Positions 51,611 to 63,640 of a DNA stretch of 64,000 nt are shown piece after piece (position 1 is the first letter of the stretch; each line of letters opens with the position of its first letter). Source of the stretch: Hemiscyllium ocellatum (lineage: Eukaryota); the NCBI RefSeq assembly GCF_020745735.1, contig NC_083413.1:64294001-64358000 (forward strand), given 5' to 3'. Made by a program: the position numbers and the translations under genes. The notes under the pieces were generated by a model. It saw nothing but the letters and a program-made list of their open reading frames with translations, had not been told where the DNA came from and did not search any database.

Positions 51611-52068
51611 AAATTTACAAGGATGTTGACAGAATTGGAGGGTTTGAGCTATAGGGAGAGGTTGAATAGGCTGGGGCTATTTTCCCTGGAGCATCAAAGA
51701 CTCAGGCATAACTTGATAGAAATTTATAAGGTCATGAGGGCTGTAGGTAGGGTGAATAGCTAAGGCCTTTTCCGCAGGGTAGCGGAATCCAAAACTAGAG
51801 GGTGTAGGTTTAAGGTGAGAAACTTTAAAGGGACCTAAGGGGTACTTCTTCACGCAGAGGATGGTGTGTATGACCTGCCAGAGGAAGTGGTGGAAGCAGG
51901 TATAATTAGAACATTTAAAGGACATCTGGAGGGGTGTATGAATAGGAAGGGTTTAGAGAGATGTGGGCCAAATGCTGGCAAATGGGACTAGCTTAATTTA
52001 GGATATTTGGTTGGCAAGGACAAGATGGAACCAAGGGTCTGTTTTCCTGCTGTACATCTCTATGACTC
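51611..52068 (+). mobile_element. CR1 3' fragment
   Basis: Homologous to 10180-10650. Confidence 0.88.
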
Positions 52069-52888
52069 AAGCCCAGCATTTATTGCCCCTGCCTAATTAC
52101 CCCAGAGAAGATGGTGGTGAGTTGCCTTCCTGAACCATTACATTCCATTTGTAGGTAAACCACACTGCTATTAGAAAGGGAGTTCGAGGAATATTGACCC
52201 AGCAACAGTGAAGAATAATTATTTAGTTCCAAGTCAATATTGAGAGTGGCTTGGAGAGGCACCTGCAGGCTGTTCTCACAAATCTGTTGCCATCGCCCTT
52301 TTTTAGTTGTTAGAGGTTACAAGGTTTGAAAGTCTACTTCCTATTGGAAGAGATTACCCTGGTCAAGGACTCATCAGGAGAGTTGTGGCTGGAGAAATTG
52401 CCCTGCACGGTATTTGTCTCACATAACGTTTTTTCTCTCATCTCACTGAAATCTCCCCTTAAAAATACTCTTCATGACAAAGCAGAGCTGACATTGCTAT
52501 GTCTGTGTTGATGGCCCTTGTACGCTTTGTCTGTCCATGCACAGCGGAAGGAAACTGTCTACAGGAGTCAAAAAAGAAACAGCTTTCTAAAGCACATGCC
52601 ATCATTCAGCCTTAGTTTTACTGGTGCCAGCTCAGAAACTGATACACCACACTCCATGCACTAATAAGAACTGAGGATTCTTGTGTTGGAAGATTCACCG
52701 AGAACATACTGAAAACAACAAGCAGGGAAACTGGTTGATCCAAGAATCAGTTCATTGATGGGCAAGCCCACAACCTGGTTTTTTGCAGAAGATAAAAGTG
52801 CTGACTTCAAGGGACACCCAGCACGTAAAAGAATCACTAAGGCTATGTATAACTAACTACTCAGTGCATTGGATTGTCTGTCAGTGAG

Positions 52889-52994
52889 GGCATGAGCCCC
52901 TCCTGAACAAGGGCTCATGCTCGAAACGTCGATTCTCCTGCTCCTTGGATGCTGCCTGACCTGCTGCGCTTTTCCAGCAACACATTTTCAGCTC
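52889..52994 (+). mobile_element. Penelope-terminus element (P2)
   Basis: 15-bp TSD TTGTCTGTCAGTGAG (52874-52888, 52995-53009). Confidence 0.85.
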
Positions 52995-53085
52995 TTGTCT
53001 GTCAGTGAGTCAGCATACACTGTCTAAGATGATGGCAGAAACAAGTTTAAACTCGAATAAAAAGTGTCTAAAAAGCATAGATATG

Positions 53086-53617
53086 ACTTGGAGGTGCCAG
53101 TGTTGGACAGGGAGCGGACAAAGTAAAAATTCACAAAGAATCAGGTCATAGTCCTGCAAGTTTACTTGGAAGCACTAGCTTTCGGAGCACCGCTCCTTCA
53201 TCAGGTGGTTGTGGAGGTTAGGATCATGCTCACAGAACTTATCGCCAAAGCAGTCCAGTGTCATGGAGATGCATTACAGTAAATGATCTTAGATTAAACC
53301 TTTCATCTTTTATAATGGGATATGCTGGTTTCTGTTCTTTGATATGTAAATCCCAGAACTTATTTTACATTACATTCTCAAGATAGCTCAGCTTTTTAAA
53401 CAATAGGTGTGAAGTATGTCTGTGTCCCAATGCTATGTCAGACTGACAAGCCTTCTGTATAGTCTTACATGGATTCATGTAAAACTGGACTCCTTTGGCT
53501 ATAAATTCTGTGAGCATGATTTTAACTTCCACAATCACCTGATGAAGGAGTTGTGCTCCAAAAGCTAGTGCTTCCAAATAAACCTGTTGCCGATAACCTG
53601 GTTCTGTGTAATTTTTA
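53086..53617. mobile_element. Palindromic Penelope-terminus element (P1 variant)
   Basis: Inverted arms of about 150 bp; TSD AAGCATAGATATG / AAGCATTGATATG; intact hammerhead motif at 53173-53207 (-). Confidence 0.88.
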
Positions 53618-53730
53618 AGCATTGATATGTACCAGTCAACCATGGAGAAGGGTTACCTTGTAAACATTGCAGAAGAATCCACTTTGATGGTGCCTTTGTG
53701 ATGATGCAAGTTCAGACTGTTGCAAGTTTA

Positions 53731-54565
53731 AAAACTGACAGAACTGCGGATGCTGTAAATCACAACCAAAAACAGAAATTGCTGGAAAAGCTCAGTAGGC
53801 CTGGCAACATCTGTGGAGAGGAATCAGAGTTAATGTTTCAGGTCAAATGACCCTTCCTCAGAACTGTTCTTGGAATCTGGGAAAATGTCTGTAGAAACAC
53901 TGAAAATAAATATGGCTGACACAGATATACTGAACGTATGCCCTCGGAGACACCAAGCTTCTGGACATTTTCCTCCTGACAAATTTCGAGTTTTGTCAGT
54001 CTGTTAAAGATAATCTGGGTGCTGCAAATCCTCCAGCACCCTCTTGTGTTAGTCATTTCACATCACAGCAGGAAGAGGTGAGATGTGTTAGGATTTAAAG
54101 CCTGGGATTTGAGATGTTAGTGCAATTAGGAAGGCTGCAATGAATAGCAATTTAACACTCTTGTTCTTGTGTATCTGTTCATCTTGTTGATTGCAAAATT
54201 TACCAGTAAAAGAAATGGAAATGACTGCTTAGAATTTCGAAGCATGCACTCATTCACAACCCAGTTCTCAGTCAGTCAGTCACTAACAGCACAGCTGTTG
54301 CTACACAATGTGATACACTGCTGGCTCAACCATGCTCTCCTTCCTCTCTTTCTCAGATCTCTTATTCAATCTCAGCTCTCTCTCCCACTCATGTCTTACC
54401 CTATTCACATCTCTCTCTCTCTCTCTCTCTCTGCTTTTTTCACAATCACTAACTCAGAGTGGTTTACCTCTCAGTTGTTCATCTATATTTTGTCTCACAA
54501 AGGCACCCTCATACATCTACTGCGACTGTGACATCTCAGTGACCGAGAAGTCTACTCACTAACTC
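53731..54565. repeat. Segment beginning with a P3 Penelope terminus, directly duplicated at 55040-55062 plus 59261-59900
   Basis: 53801-54118 closely matches 59261-59578, and 54265-54565 matches 59585-59898. Confidence 0.85.
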
Positions 54566-55061
54566 AACTACTTCTCTCTGTCTTTCACAGACCTACATCT
54601 CCCCTGACCATAACTTTTCACAAAGTCACCATCAAAGTGGATTCTTCTGAAATATTTATAAGGTCGCACCACTCCATGGTTGACTGCCCCATATCTATGC
54701 TTTTTTTTAACACTTTTTATTCGAGTTGAAACTTGACTCCTCCATCCACTGTATGCTGACTCACTGACAGATAATCCAATGCACTGAGTAGTTAGTTGTA
54801 CATAGCCTTAGCAATTCTTTCACATGCTGGGCAGCCCTTGAAATCAGCACTTTTATCTTCTGCAAACGGGCCAGGTTGTGGGCTTGCCCATCAATGAACT
54901 GATTACTGGTCAACCGATTTCCCTGCTTGTTGGTTTCAGTACGCTCTTGGTGAGTCTTCCAACACAAGAATCCACAAGTAGCCATTCTTAACAGTGCATG
55001 GGGAATCAGTTTCTAAGATGGCATCTGTAAAACTAAGGAAATTGCTGGAGAAGCTTAGTAG

Positions 55062-58000
55062 GTCATAGAGTGATAGAGTTGTACAGCACGGAAACAGACC
55101 CTTCGGTCCAACCCGTCTATGCCGACCAGATATCCCAACCCGATCTAGTCCCACCTGCCAGCACCTGGCCCATATCCTCCAAATGCTTCTTATTCATATA
55201 CCCATCCAAATGCCTCTTAAATGTTGCAATTGTACCAGCCTCCACCACTTCATCTGGTAGCTCATCCCATGCATGTACCACCCTCTACATGAAAAAGTTG
55301 CTCTTTAGGTCTCTTTCATATTTTTCCCCTCTCATCCTAAACCTATGCCGTCTAGTTCTGGAGTCCCCCACCCCAGGGAAAAGACTTTGTCTATTTATCC
55401 TATCCATGCCCCTCATGATTTTGTAAACCTCTATAAGGTCTCCCCTCAGCCTCCGATGCTCCAGGGAAAACAGCCCCAGCCTGTTCAGACTCTCCCTACA
55501 GCTCAAATCCTCCAACCCTGACAACATCCGTGTAAATCTTTTCTGAACCCTTTCAAGTTTCACAACATCTCTCCGATATGAAGAAGACCAGAATTGCACG
55601 CAATATTCCAACAGTGGCCTAACCAATGTCCTGTACAGCCACAACATGACCTCCCAACCCCTGTACTCAATACTCTGACCAATAAAGGAAAACATACCAA
55701 ATGCCTTCTTCACTATCGTATCTACTGCAACTCTACTTTCAAGGAGCTATAAACCTGCACTCTAAGGTCTCTTTGTTCAGCAACGCTCCCAAGGACCTTA
55801 CCAGTAACTGCATAAGTCCTGGTAAGATTTGCTTTCCCAAAATGTAGCACCTCGCATTTATCTGAATTAAACTTCATCGGCCATTTCTCAGCCCATTGGC
55901 CCATCTGATCAAGATCCTATTGTAATCTGAGGCAAACGTCGTCGAAGTCCACCACACCTCCAATTTTAGTGTCATCTGCAAACTTACTAACTATACCTCG
56001 TTAAAAATCACACAACACCAGGTTATAGTCCAACAAGTTTAATTGGAAGCACACTAGCTTTCGGAGCGACGCTCCATTGTCAGGTGATTATGGAGGGCTC
56101 AATTGTAACACAGAATTTATCGCAAAAATTTGCAGTGTGATGTAACTGAAATTATACATTGAAACACTGATTATCTGTTAAGCCTTTCATCTGTTAGAAT
56201 ACAGTGATAGTTTCACTTCTTTCAGTGTAAATCACAAAACCTTTTTTTTAAAGTTGCATTCTCAGGTTAGCTGTTAACAATGGTGATAGCTAGACAACAT
56301 GTTGAAGGTGCTAGCCCCCTGTGTTCTCTGTCTATGACCTGATGTTTAGATTGATTCTAATCTAAAAAGTGAGATAACAGAGTTTTACATAAATTCATGC
56401 AGTTTTTGAGCTCAGATTACTACATGAATGTATGCAGTTTTTGAGCAAAGTGCAATATAACTCTGCAAGTACAAATTCACCCCACAAAGTATATATGTGC
56501 ATGTGGGTCGTTGTCTGTGTGTCTGTCTGGGGTAGGGGTTGTGAGTGTGAGAAAGTGTGTGTGTGTGTACAGTGCAGAGTGTCTTAAGTCTGTGAGGGGG
56601 TGCGTGTGTGAGTGTGGGTATCTATAAGGGTGCGTGTAGGTGTCTGTGTGCGTGTCTGTGTGTACCTGTGTCCGTGTGTATGTGAGTGTGTGTGTTGTGC
56701 AATCTTAGCTATCAGTCTCTGCTCGGCCACTTTCCTCTACTGCCTGTCCTGAAGTCCATCTTGGAGGATGGTCACCTGAAGGTCCGAGGCAGAATGTCCT
56801 GGACCACTGAAGTGTTCCCCAACTGGGAGGGAACCCTCCTGTCTGTTGATTGTTGTGCGGTGCCCATTCATCCGTTGACGTAGCCTTTGTTCAGTTTCTC
56901 CAATGTACCATGCCTCCGGGCATCCTTGCCTGCAACGTTAACAATGTTGGCTGAGTCACATGAGTACCTGCCATGTACAAGGTGGGAGGTGTTCCCACGC
57001 ATAATAGTGGTATCTATGTCCACAATCTGACACGTCTTGCAGCGTCCACCGTGACAGGGCTGTATGGAGTTGTCCTGAGAGCCTGGCAGTTTGCTCCGAA
57101 CAATGATGTGTTTGAAGTTTGGCGGTTGTTTAAAGGCAAGTAATGGAGGTGTGGGGAAGGTCTTGGTGAGGTGCTCATCCTCATTGATAATGTGTTGCAG
57201 GTCACGGTGTAATTTTTCAGCCCCTGGGAAGTACTGAACAACGAAGGGAACCCTGTCAGTTGCAGCACGTCTGTCTCCTGAGGAGGTCATTATGGTTCCT
57301 TGCTGTGGCACATCGGAACTGGCAGTCGATGAGTTGAGCATCGTACCCTGTTCTTGTGAGGGCATCCTTGAGTACTTCCAGGTGTTCATCACGTTCCTCC
57401 TCATCTGAGCAAAACCGGTGTATGTGTAGGGCTTGTCCATAGGGAATGGCTGTTTTAATATGTTTTGGGTGGAAGCTGGAAAAGTGTAGCATTGTGAGGT
57501 TGTCTGTGGGTTTGTGGTAGAGTGTGGTGCTGAGGTGTCCGTCCTTGATGGAGACACACGCGTCCAAGAATGAGACAGACAGTCGAGAGTAGTCCATGGT
57601 GAGTTTGATGGTGGGATGAAACTTGTTGATGTCACTTGTAGTTTTATCAGTGACTCCTCGCCATGGGTCCATGGCAAGGAGTCACTCTCTACCTCTTATG
57701 CTCACATCCAAATCATTTATATAAATGATGAAAAGTAGTGGATCCAGCACTGATCCTAGTGGCACTCCACTGGTCACAGGCCTCCAGTCTGAAAAACAAC
57801 CCTCCACCACCACCCTCTGTCTTCTATCTTTGAGCCAGTTCTGTATCCAAATGGCTAGTTCCCCCTGTATTCCGTGAGATCTAACCTTGCTAACCAGTCT
57901 CCCATGAGGAACCTTGTCGAACGTCTTACTGAAGTCAATATAGATCACATCTACCGCTCTACTCTCATCAATCCTCTTTGTTACTTCTTCAAAAAACTCA

Positions 58001-59259
58001 ATCAAGCTTGTGAGACACGATTTCTCATGCACAAAGCCACACTGACTATCCCTCATCAGTCCTTGCCTTTCCAAATACATGTACATCCTGTCCCTCAGGA
58101 TCCCCTCCAACAACTTGACCACCACTGACGTCAGGCTCACTGGTCTATAGTTCCCTGGCTTGTCCTTACCACCCTTCTTAAACAGTGGCACCATGTTAGT
58201 GAACCTCCAGTCTTCTAGCACCTCACCTGTGACTATCGATGACACAAATATTTCAGTAAGAGGCCTGCATTCACTTCCCTACCTGATCAGGTCCTGGGGA
58301 ATTATCCATTTTTATGCATTTCAAGACATCCAGCACTTCCTCCTCTGTAATATGGACATTTTCCAAGATGTCACCATCTATTTCCCTACATTTTATATCT
58401 TACATATCCTTTTCCACAGTAATACTTGTTTACTATTTCACCCATCTCCTGCGGCTCCACACAAAGGCCGCCTTGCTGATCTTTGAGGGGCCCTATTCTC
58501 TCCCTAGTTACCTTTTTGTCCTTAATGTATTTGTAAAAACCCATTGGATTCTACTTAACTCTATTTGCCAAAGCTATCTCATGTCCTCTTTTTGCCCACC
58601 TGATTTCCCTTTTAAGTATACTCCTACTACCTTTATATTCTTCCAAGAATTCACTCGATCTATCCTGTGTATACCTTCCATATGCTTCCTTCTTTTTCTT
58701 AACCAAACCCTCAATTTCTTTAGTCATCCAATATTCCCTTTACCTACCAGCCTTTCCTTCCACCCGAATAGGAATACACTGTCTCTGAATTCTCATTGTT
58801 TCATTTCTGAAGGCTTCCCATTTTCCAGTCGTCCATTTACCTGCGAACATTTGCCCCCAATCAGCTTTTGAAGGTTCTTGCCTGATACTATCAAAATTGA
58901 CCTTTCTCCAACTTAGAACTTCAACTTTTAGATCTGGTCTATCCTTTTCCATCACTGTTTTAAAACTAATAGAATTATGGTCGCTGGCCCCAAAGTGCTC
59001 TCTTACTGACACCTCAGTCACCTGCCCTGCCTTATTTCCCAAGAGTAGGTCAAGTTTTGCACCTTCTCTCGTAGGTACATCCATATACTGAATCAGAAAA
59101 TTGTCTTGTACACATTTAACAAATTCCTCTCCATCTAAACCCTTAACACTATGGCAGTCCCAATCTATGTTTGGAAATTTAAAATCCCTCTACCATAACC
59201 ACCCGATTATTCTTACAGATAACTGAGATCTCCTTACAAATTTGTTTCTCAATTTCCTA
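55062..59259 (-). mobile_element. Long 5'-truncated, internally deleted CR1 LINE (endonuclease end to 3'UTR) with nested Penelope
   Basis: [46 protein letters not shown] motifs. Confidence 0.95.
56000..57686 (-). mobile_element. Penelope-like retroelement (probably Neptune clade), 5'-truncated; related to family P1
   Basis: INKFHPTIKLT..SFLD..YHKPT..LHFSSFHP (RT end/thumb), PC..RCKTC linker, GIY-YIG remnant, TG-rich 3' region, P1 terminus; near-TSD CTATACCTC / CTCTACCTC. Confidence 0.92.
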
Positions 59260-59929
59260 TCTGGCAGCATCTGTGGAGAGGAATCAGAGTTAATGTTTCA
59301 GGTCAAGTGACCCTTCCTCAGAACAGTTCTTGGAATCTGGGAAAATGTCTGTAGAAACACTGAAAATAAATATGGCTGACACAGATATACTGAACGTATG
59401 CCCTCGGAGACACCAAGCTTCTGGACATTTTCCTCCTGAGAAATCTCGAGTTTGGTCATTATGTTGCAGATAATCTGAGCACTGCAAATCTTCCAACACC
59501 CTCTTGTGTTAGTCATTTCACATCACAGCAGGAAGAGGTGATATGTGTTCGGATTTAAAGCCTGGAATTTGAGATGTTTGGGTAAGTTCTCAGTCAGTCA
59601 GTCACTAACAGCACAGCTGTTGCTATACAATGTGATACACAGCTGGCTCAACCACTCTCTCTCTCTCTTTCTCAGATCTCTTATTCAATCTCAGCTCTCT
59701 CTTCCACTCATGTCTTACCCTACTCACAACTCTCCCCCACCTATTCACATCTCTCTCTCTCTCTGTTTCAGTTTTTTTCACAAACTCATAGCAGTTTACC
59801 TCTCGGTTGTTCATCTATATTTTTTCTCTCAAAGATAACTGCACACATCTTCTGTGACTGTGATATCTCACAGACCAAGAAGTCTAGTCACTAACTCACT
59901 GACTCAATTATTTCCCTCTCTTTCACACT

Positions 59930-61680
59930 TCCCCCCCCCCCCCTCACCACAGTGCACACAGCACCCTCACTCACCCTCCCATTCCCCCCTCTCCTCCAAT
60001 CACACCTTCTCCTACCATTTCTATTCCTTCCAACCTCCCTCTCTCTACCATCCTTCCCTCTCCCTCCCTTGCCTTTCCTCTCATTTTTCATTTCATTCCC
60101 ACTTCTTTCACTTCCCTCTCTGATCTTCCATTTTCCTTCCCTTCCCCACACGCCCCCTCTCGCTCTTCCCCTTTCCTTCGATCCCTCCCCCTTTCTCTCT
60201 ATCCCTCTTCCTCTCTTTTCCCTCCCCAATTTCTTTCACTCCTCATTCCGTCCATCATCCTCCAGCCGTCCTTTTTTCCTCCTCTTACCCTCCCTTCTCT
60301 TTTCCTCCCCCCTTTCTCCCTCCCTCCACTCCACTTTCCCCTTCATACCCCTCCCTTCTTCCTTCTCTCTCTGCCTCCTCTTGTCCTCGCAACCATTTTT
60401 CCCTCCCTCCATCTTTCCCTCTTTCCCTTCCCTCTTTCTCTGTCCCTCATTTTTCCTATGTACCTCCCGATTCTCTCTTCTTCTCACCCCCTTTTCCTTC
60501 CATCCTGTCTCTGCTGCTCTCTAACCCTTCCTCTTTCCCTCCACTCTAACCAGCCATCTTTCCCTTCTCCTTCCCTCTTTCCCCTTCCCCTTATTTCCCC
60601 TCCCTCTCCCACTATGCACCCTTTTTCCTTACCACCCTCCCTTCTTAAACCCGCTTCCATTTCCTCTCCCCGCCTCCCGTTTCCCCTTCCCGTTTTTCCC
60701 TTCTCCACTCTCTTTGCCTCCGTCTCCCTTCCCTCCCACCTCAAGCCACTCCCTCCTTCCTTTCTCCGTTCTTCCTTCCCCCTCCCTCCTTCACTTCATT
60801 CCCTCTTCACCCAAACCTTCCCTCCACTAGCCTCCTCCATCCCCTCCATTTATTCCCCTCCCTGCACTTCTCCCCCCTTTTCTCCTTTCTTTATTTCATT
60901 TCCACTTCCCCTTAAACCCCCCAACCTTTTACCCCCACTCTCAGACCACCCTTCCCTCTTTTAACCCCTCCACTCTCTCCCTACTCCCCTTCTCCACTCT
61001 CCTCATTGTCTCCATTCTTCCCCTCCCCCTTCTCCTCCACTTTCCCTGCCTTTCCCGTCCACTCTGCACCCACCTTCTCCCCCCACCCAATCCTCCACTC
61101 TCCACCTCTCTTCCACTCTTCCCCCTTCACTCCATTCTCCTCCCTTTTCCCACCACTCTCTACCTCCCCCACCACTCTCCCCCTTCTCGCCGCCTACCAT
61201 TCCATTTTCCCACCCGCTACCTGCTCCACCACTTCCCCTCCACTCCCCTCCTCCATGCTGCTCTACACTCTCCATTATTTCTTTTTCCCCCATTTCTCCT
61301 CTCACAATTCTCCCATCACCCTCTCCTATTCCACCCCTTTCCTCATCACCTTCTGCCATTAACCCTCCATCACCCTATCCCATTAGCCCCTTCCCCCATT
61401 AGCCCCGCTCATTAATTCCCATTACCACTCATCAACCAATCCCATTTCCCCCATTACCTTCTGCCATTAAACTTCCATCACTCTATCCGATTCATCCCCT
61501 TTTCTCCATCATCCTTTCCCATTTCCTCCTTTCCCCAATCACTCTCTGCCATTAATCCTCCACCACACTATCCCAATAATCCCCATCACCCCCTCCGATT
61601 TTCCCCATCACACTCTGCCATTACCCCATCACCCTATCCCAATAATCCTCTTCACCCATCACCCTCTCCCATTAACTCCT
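59930..61680. repeat. Polypyrimidine/polypurine low-complexity tract
   Basis: Plus strand mostly C/T with few G. Confidence 0.9.
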
Positions 61681-62905
61681 CATCACTCTCTCCCATTCCT
61701 CCCCTTTCCCCCATCACCCTCTCCCATTCCTCCCCCTTCCCCATCACCCTCTCCCATTCCTCCCCCTTCCCCATCACTCTCTCCCATTCCTCCCCCTTCC
61801 CCATCACCCTCTCCCATTCCTCCCCCTTCCCCATCACCCTCTCCCATTCCTCCCCTTTCCCCATCACCCTCTCCCATTCCTCCCCCTTCCCCATCACCCT
61901 CTCCCATTCCTCCCCTTTCCCCTCACTCTCTCCCATTCCTCCCCCTTCCCCATCACCCTCTCCCATTCCTCCCATTCCCCATCACTCTCTCCCATTCCTC
62001 CCCTTTCCCCATCACCCTCTCCCATTCCCCATCACCCTCTCCCATTCCTCCCCCTTCCCCTCACTCTCTCCCATTCCTCCCCCTTCCCCTCACTCTCTCC
62101 CATTCCTCCCCCTTCCCCATCACCCTCTCCCATTCCTCCCCCTTCCCCATCACCCTCTCCCTTTCCCCTCACCCTCTCCCATTCCTCCCCTTTCCCCATC
62201 ACCCTCTCCCATTCCTCCCCCTTCCCCATCACCCTCTCCCATTCCTCCCATTCCCCATCACTCTCTCCCATTCCTCCCCTTTCCCCATCACCCTCTCCCA
62301 TTCCCCATCACCCTCTCCCATTCCCCATCACCCTCTCCCATTCCTCCCATTCCCCATCACTCTCTCCCATTCCTCCCCTTTCCCCATCACCCTCTCCCAT
62401 TCCCCATCACCCTCTCCCATTCCCCATCACTCTCTCCCATTCCTCCCCCTTCCCCATCACCCTCTCCCATTCCTCCCCCTTCCCCATCACCCTCTCCCTT
62501 TCCCCTCACCCTCTCCCATTCCTCCCCTTTCCCCATCACCCTCTCCCATTCCTCCCCCTTCCCCATCACCCTCTCCCATTCCTCCCCCTTCCCCTCACCC
62601 TCTCCCATTCCTCCCCTTTCCCCTCACTCTCTCCCATTCCTCCCCTTTCCCCTCACTCTCTCCCATTCCTCCCCTTTCCCCTCACCCTCTCCCATTCCTC
62701 CCCTTTCCCCTCACCCTCTCCCATTCCTCCCCTTTCCCCTCACTCTCTCCCATTCCTCCCCCTTCCCCATCACCCTCTCCCTTTCCCCTCACCCTCTCCC
62801 ATTCCTCCCCTTTCCCCATCACTCTCTCCCATTCCTCCCCTTTCCCCATCACCCTCTCCCCCTTCCCCATCACCCTCTCCCATTCCCCATCACCCTCTCC
62901 CCTTC
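61681..62905. repeat. Minisatellite, 30-nt unit CCATCACCCTCTCCCATTCCTCCCCCTTCC with 19-20-nt variants
   Basis: Tandem units in register from 61711 onward. Confidence 0.95.
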
Positions 62906-62984
62906 CTCCTCTGTCTTATTCATTCACAATCTCATGTTGTGGTTTTTCTGTGCTGGGTTGGTTGGGGGGGGGTGGGTGCTGATG

Positions 62985-63640
62985 GAGGTGGTGACGTATG
63001 TACGTGCTGACGTCTTTGCCGGACGTTGACGTACTGACGCAGCGCGGCGGGGCCGCCCGGTCTGTGAGGGAGAAGGAAGCGGCGGCGGTGGCGGAGGAGG
63101 AGGAGGAGCAGCGGCGCCGCGCGAACAGCACCGCCAGAGAGGCCGCACGGATCGCGGGCGTGGTGGTGGGAGAGGAGGCTCGCCGAGGCCCACGGACCGG
63201 ACCGGACCGGAGCCCGAGTCACCCACTGCATACGGGCCGCGCTGTAAGTAAGTCTCCCTGCCTCGGCCATCCCCCCCTCACCGGGGGCCCGGGCTTCTCG
63301 GTGCGGCCTAGTCGCCGGCCGCTGGGTGGCTTTCGGGGGTGGGGGGTGTGTGTGGGAGCTGTCCTCTCCCATCCGCCGCCGCGCCTCGCCTCGCCTGTGG
63401 TTCAGTTGTTGATCGGCCGCTGTGGCGTCTGGTTCTCGCCTCTGCCGGTTGGTGCTGGTGGGAGGGGACTCCCCCCACCCTCCCCCGGTCTGGGGCTAAC
63501 ATCCCCCCGCCTTCCCCTTACTTCCCCAACCCCCTCCTCCCGGCTCCTGGAGCTGGGCTGCTCATCCCTTGTCTGGCGTTGCACCTGTCTCATTCCGGCT
63601 GCTTCATTGTCGCGCAAAGCGTGGCGCGGTCTGACATTCC
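62985..63640 (+). promoter_or_regulatory. CpG-island promoter of an unidentified plus-strand gene
   Basis: Abrupt GC/CpG-rich block; four TGACG CRE half-sites (62992, 63008, 63027, 63035). Confidence 0.8.
63055..63243 (+). other. Probable non-coding first exon (start approximate)
   Basis: GGC/GAG-rich 5'UTR-like sequence without ATG, ending at donor GCT|GTAAGT (63244-63249). Confidence 0.6.

Larger units (their letters stand above)
52630..55017. repeat. Local inverted duplication: 52630-53700 (with two later insertions) versus 54615-55017
   Basis: About 400 bp align as reverse complements once the P1 and P2 inserts are removed. Confidence 0.85.

Noticed and set aside
52640-52890. Duplicated segment A as a decayed Penelope endonuclease C-terminus
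   Set aside because: Only faint resemblance (KIKVL...KE.L); needs a profile search
59854-62873. Many Pro/Ser/Leu- or Gly/Glu-rich ORFs
   Set aside because: Translations of low-complexity DNA and the minisatellite
61681-62905. CRISPR-like periodicity
   Set aside because: Head-to-tail units without unique spacers, in a vertebrate context
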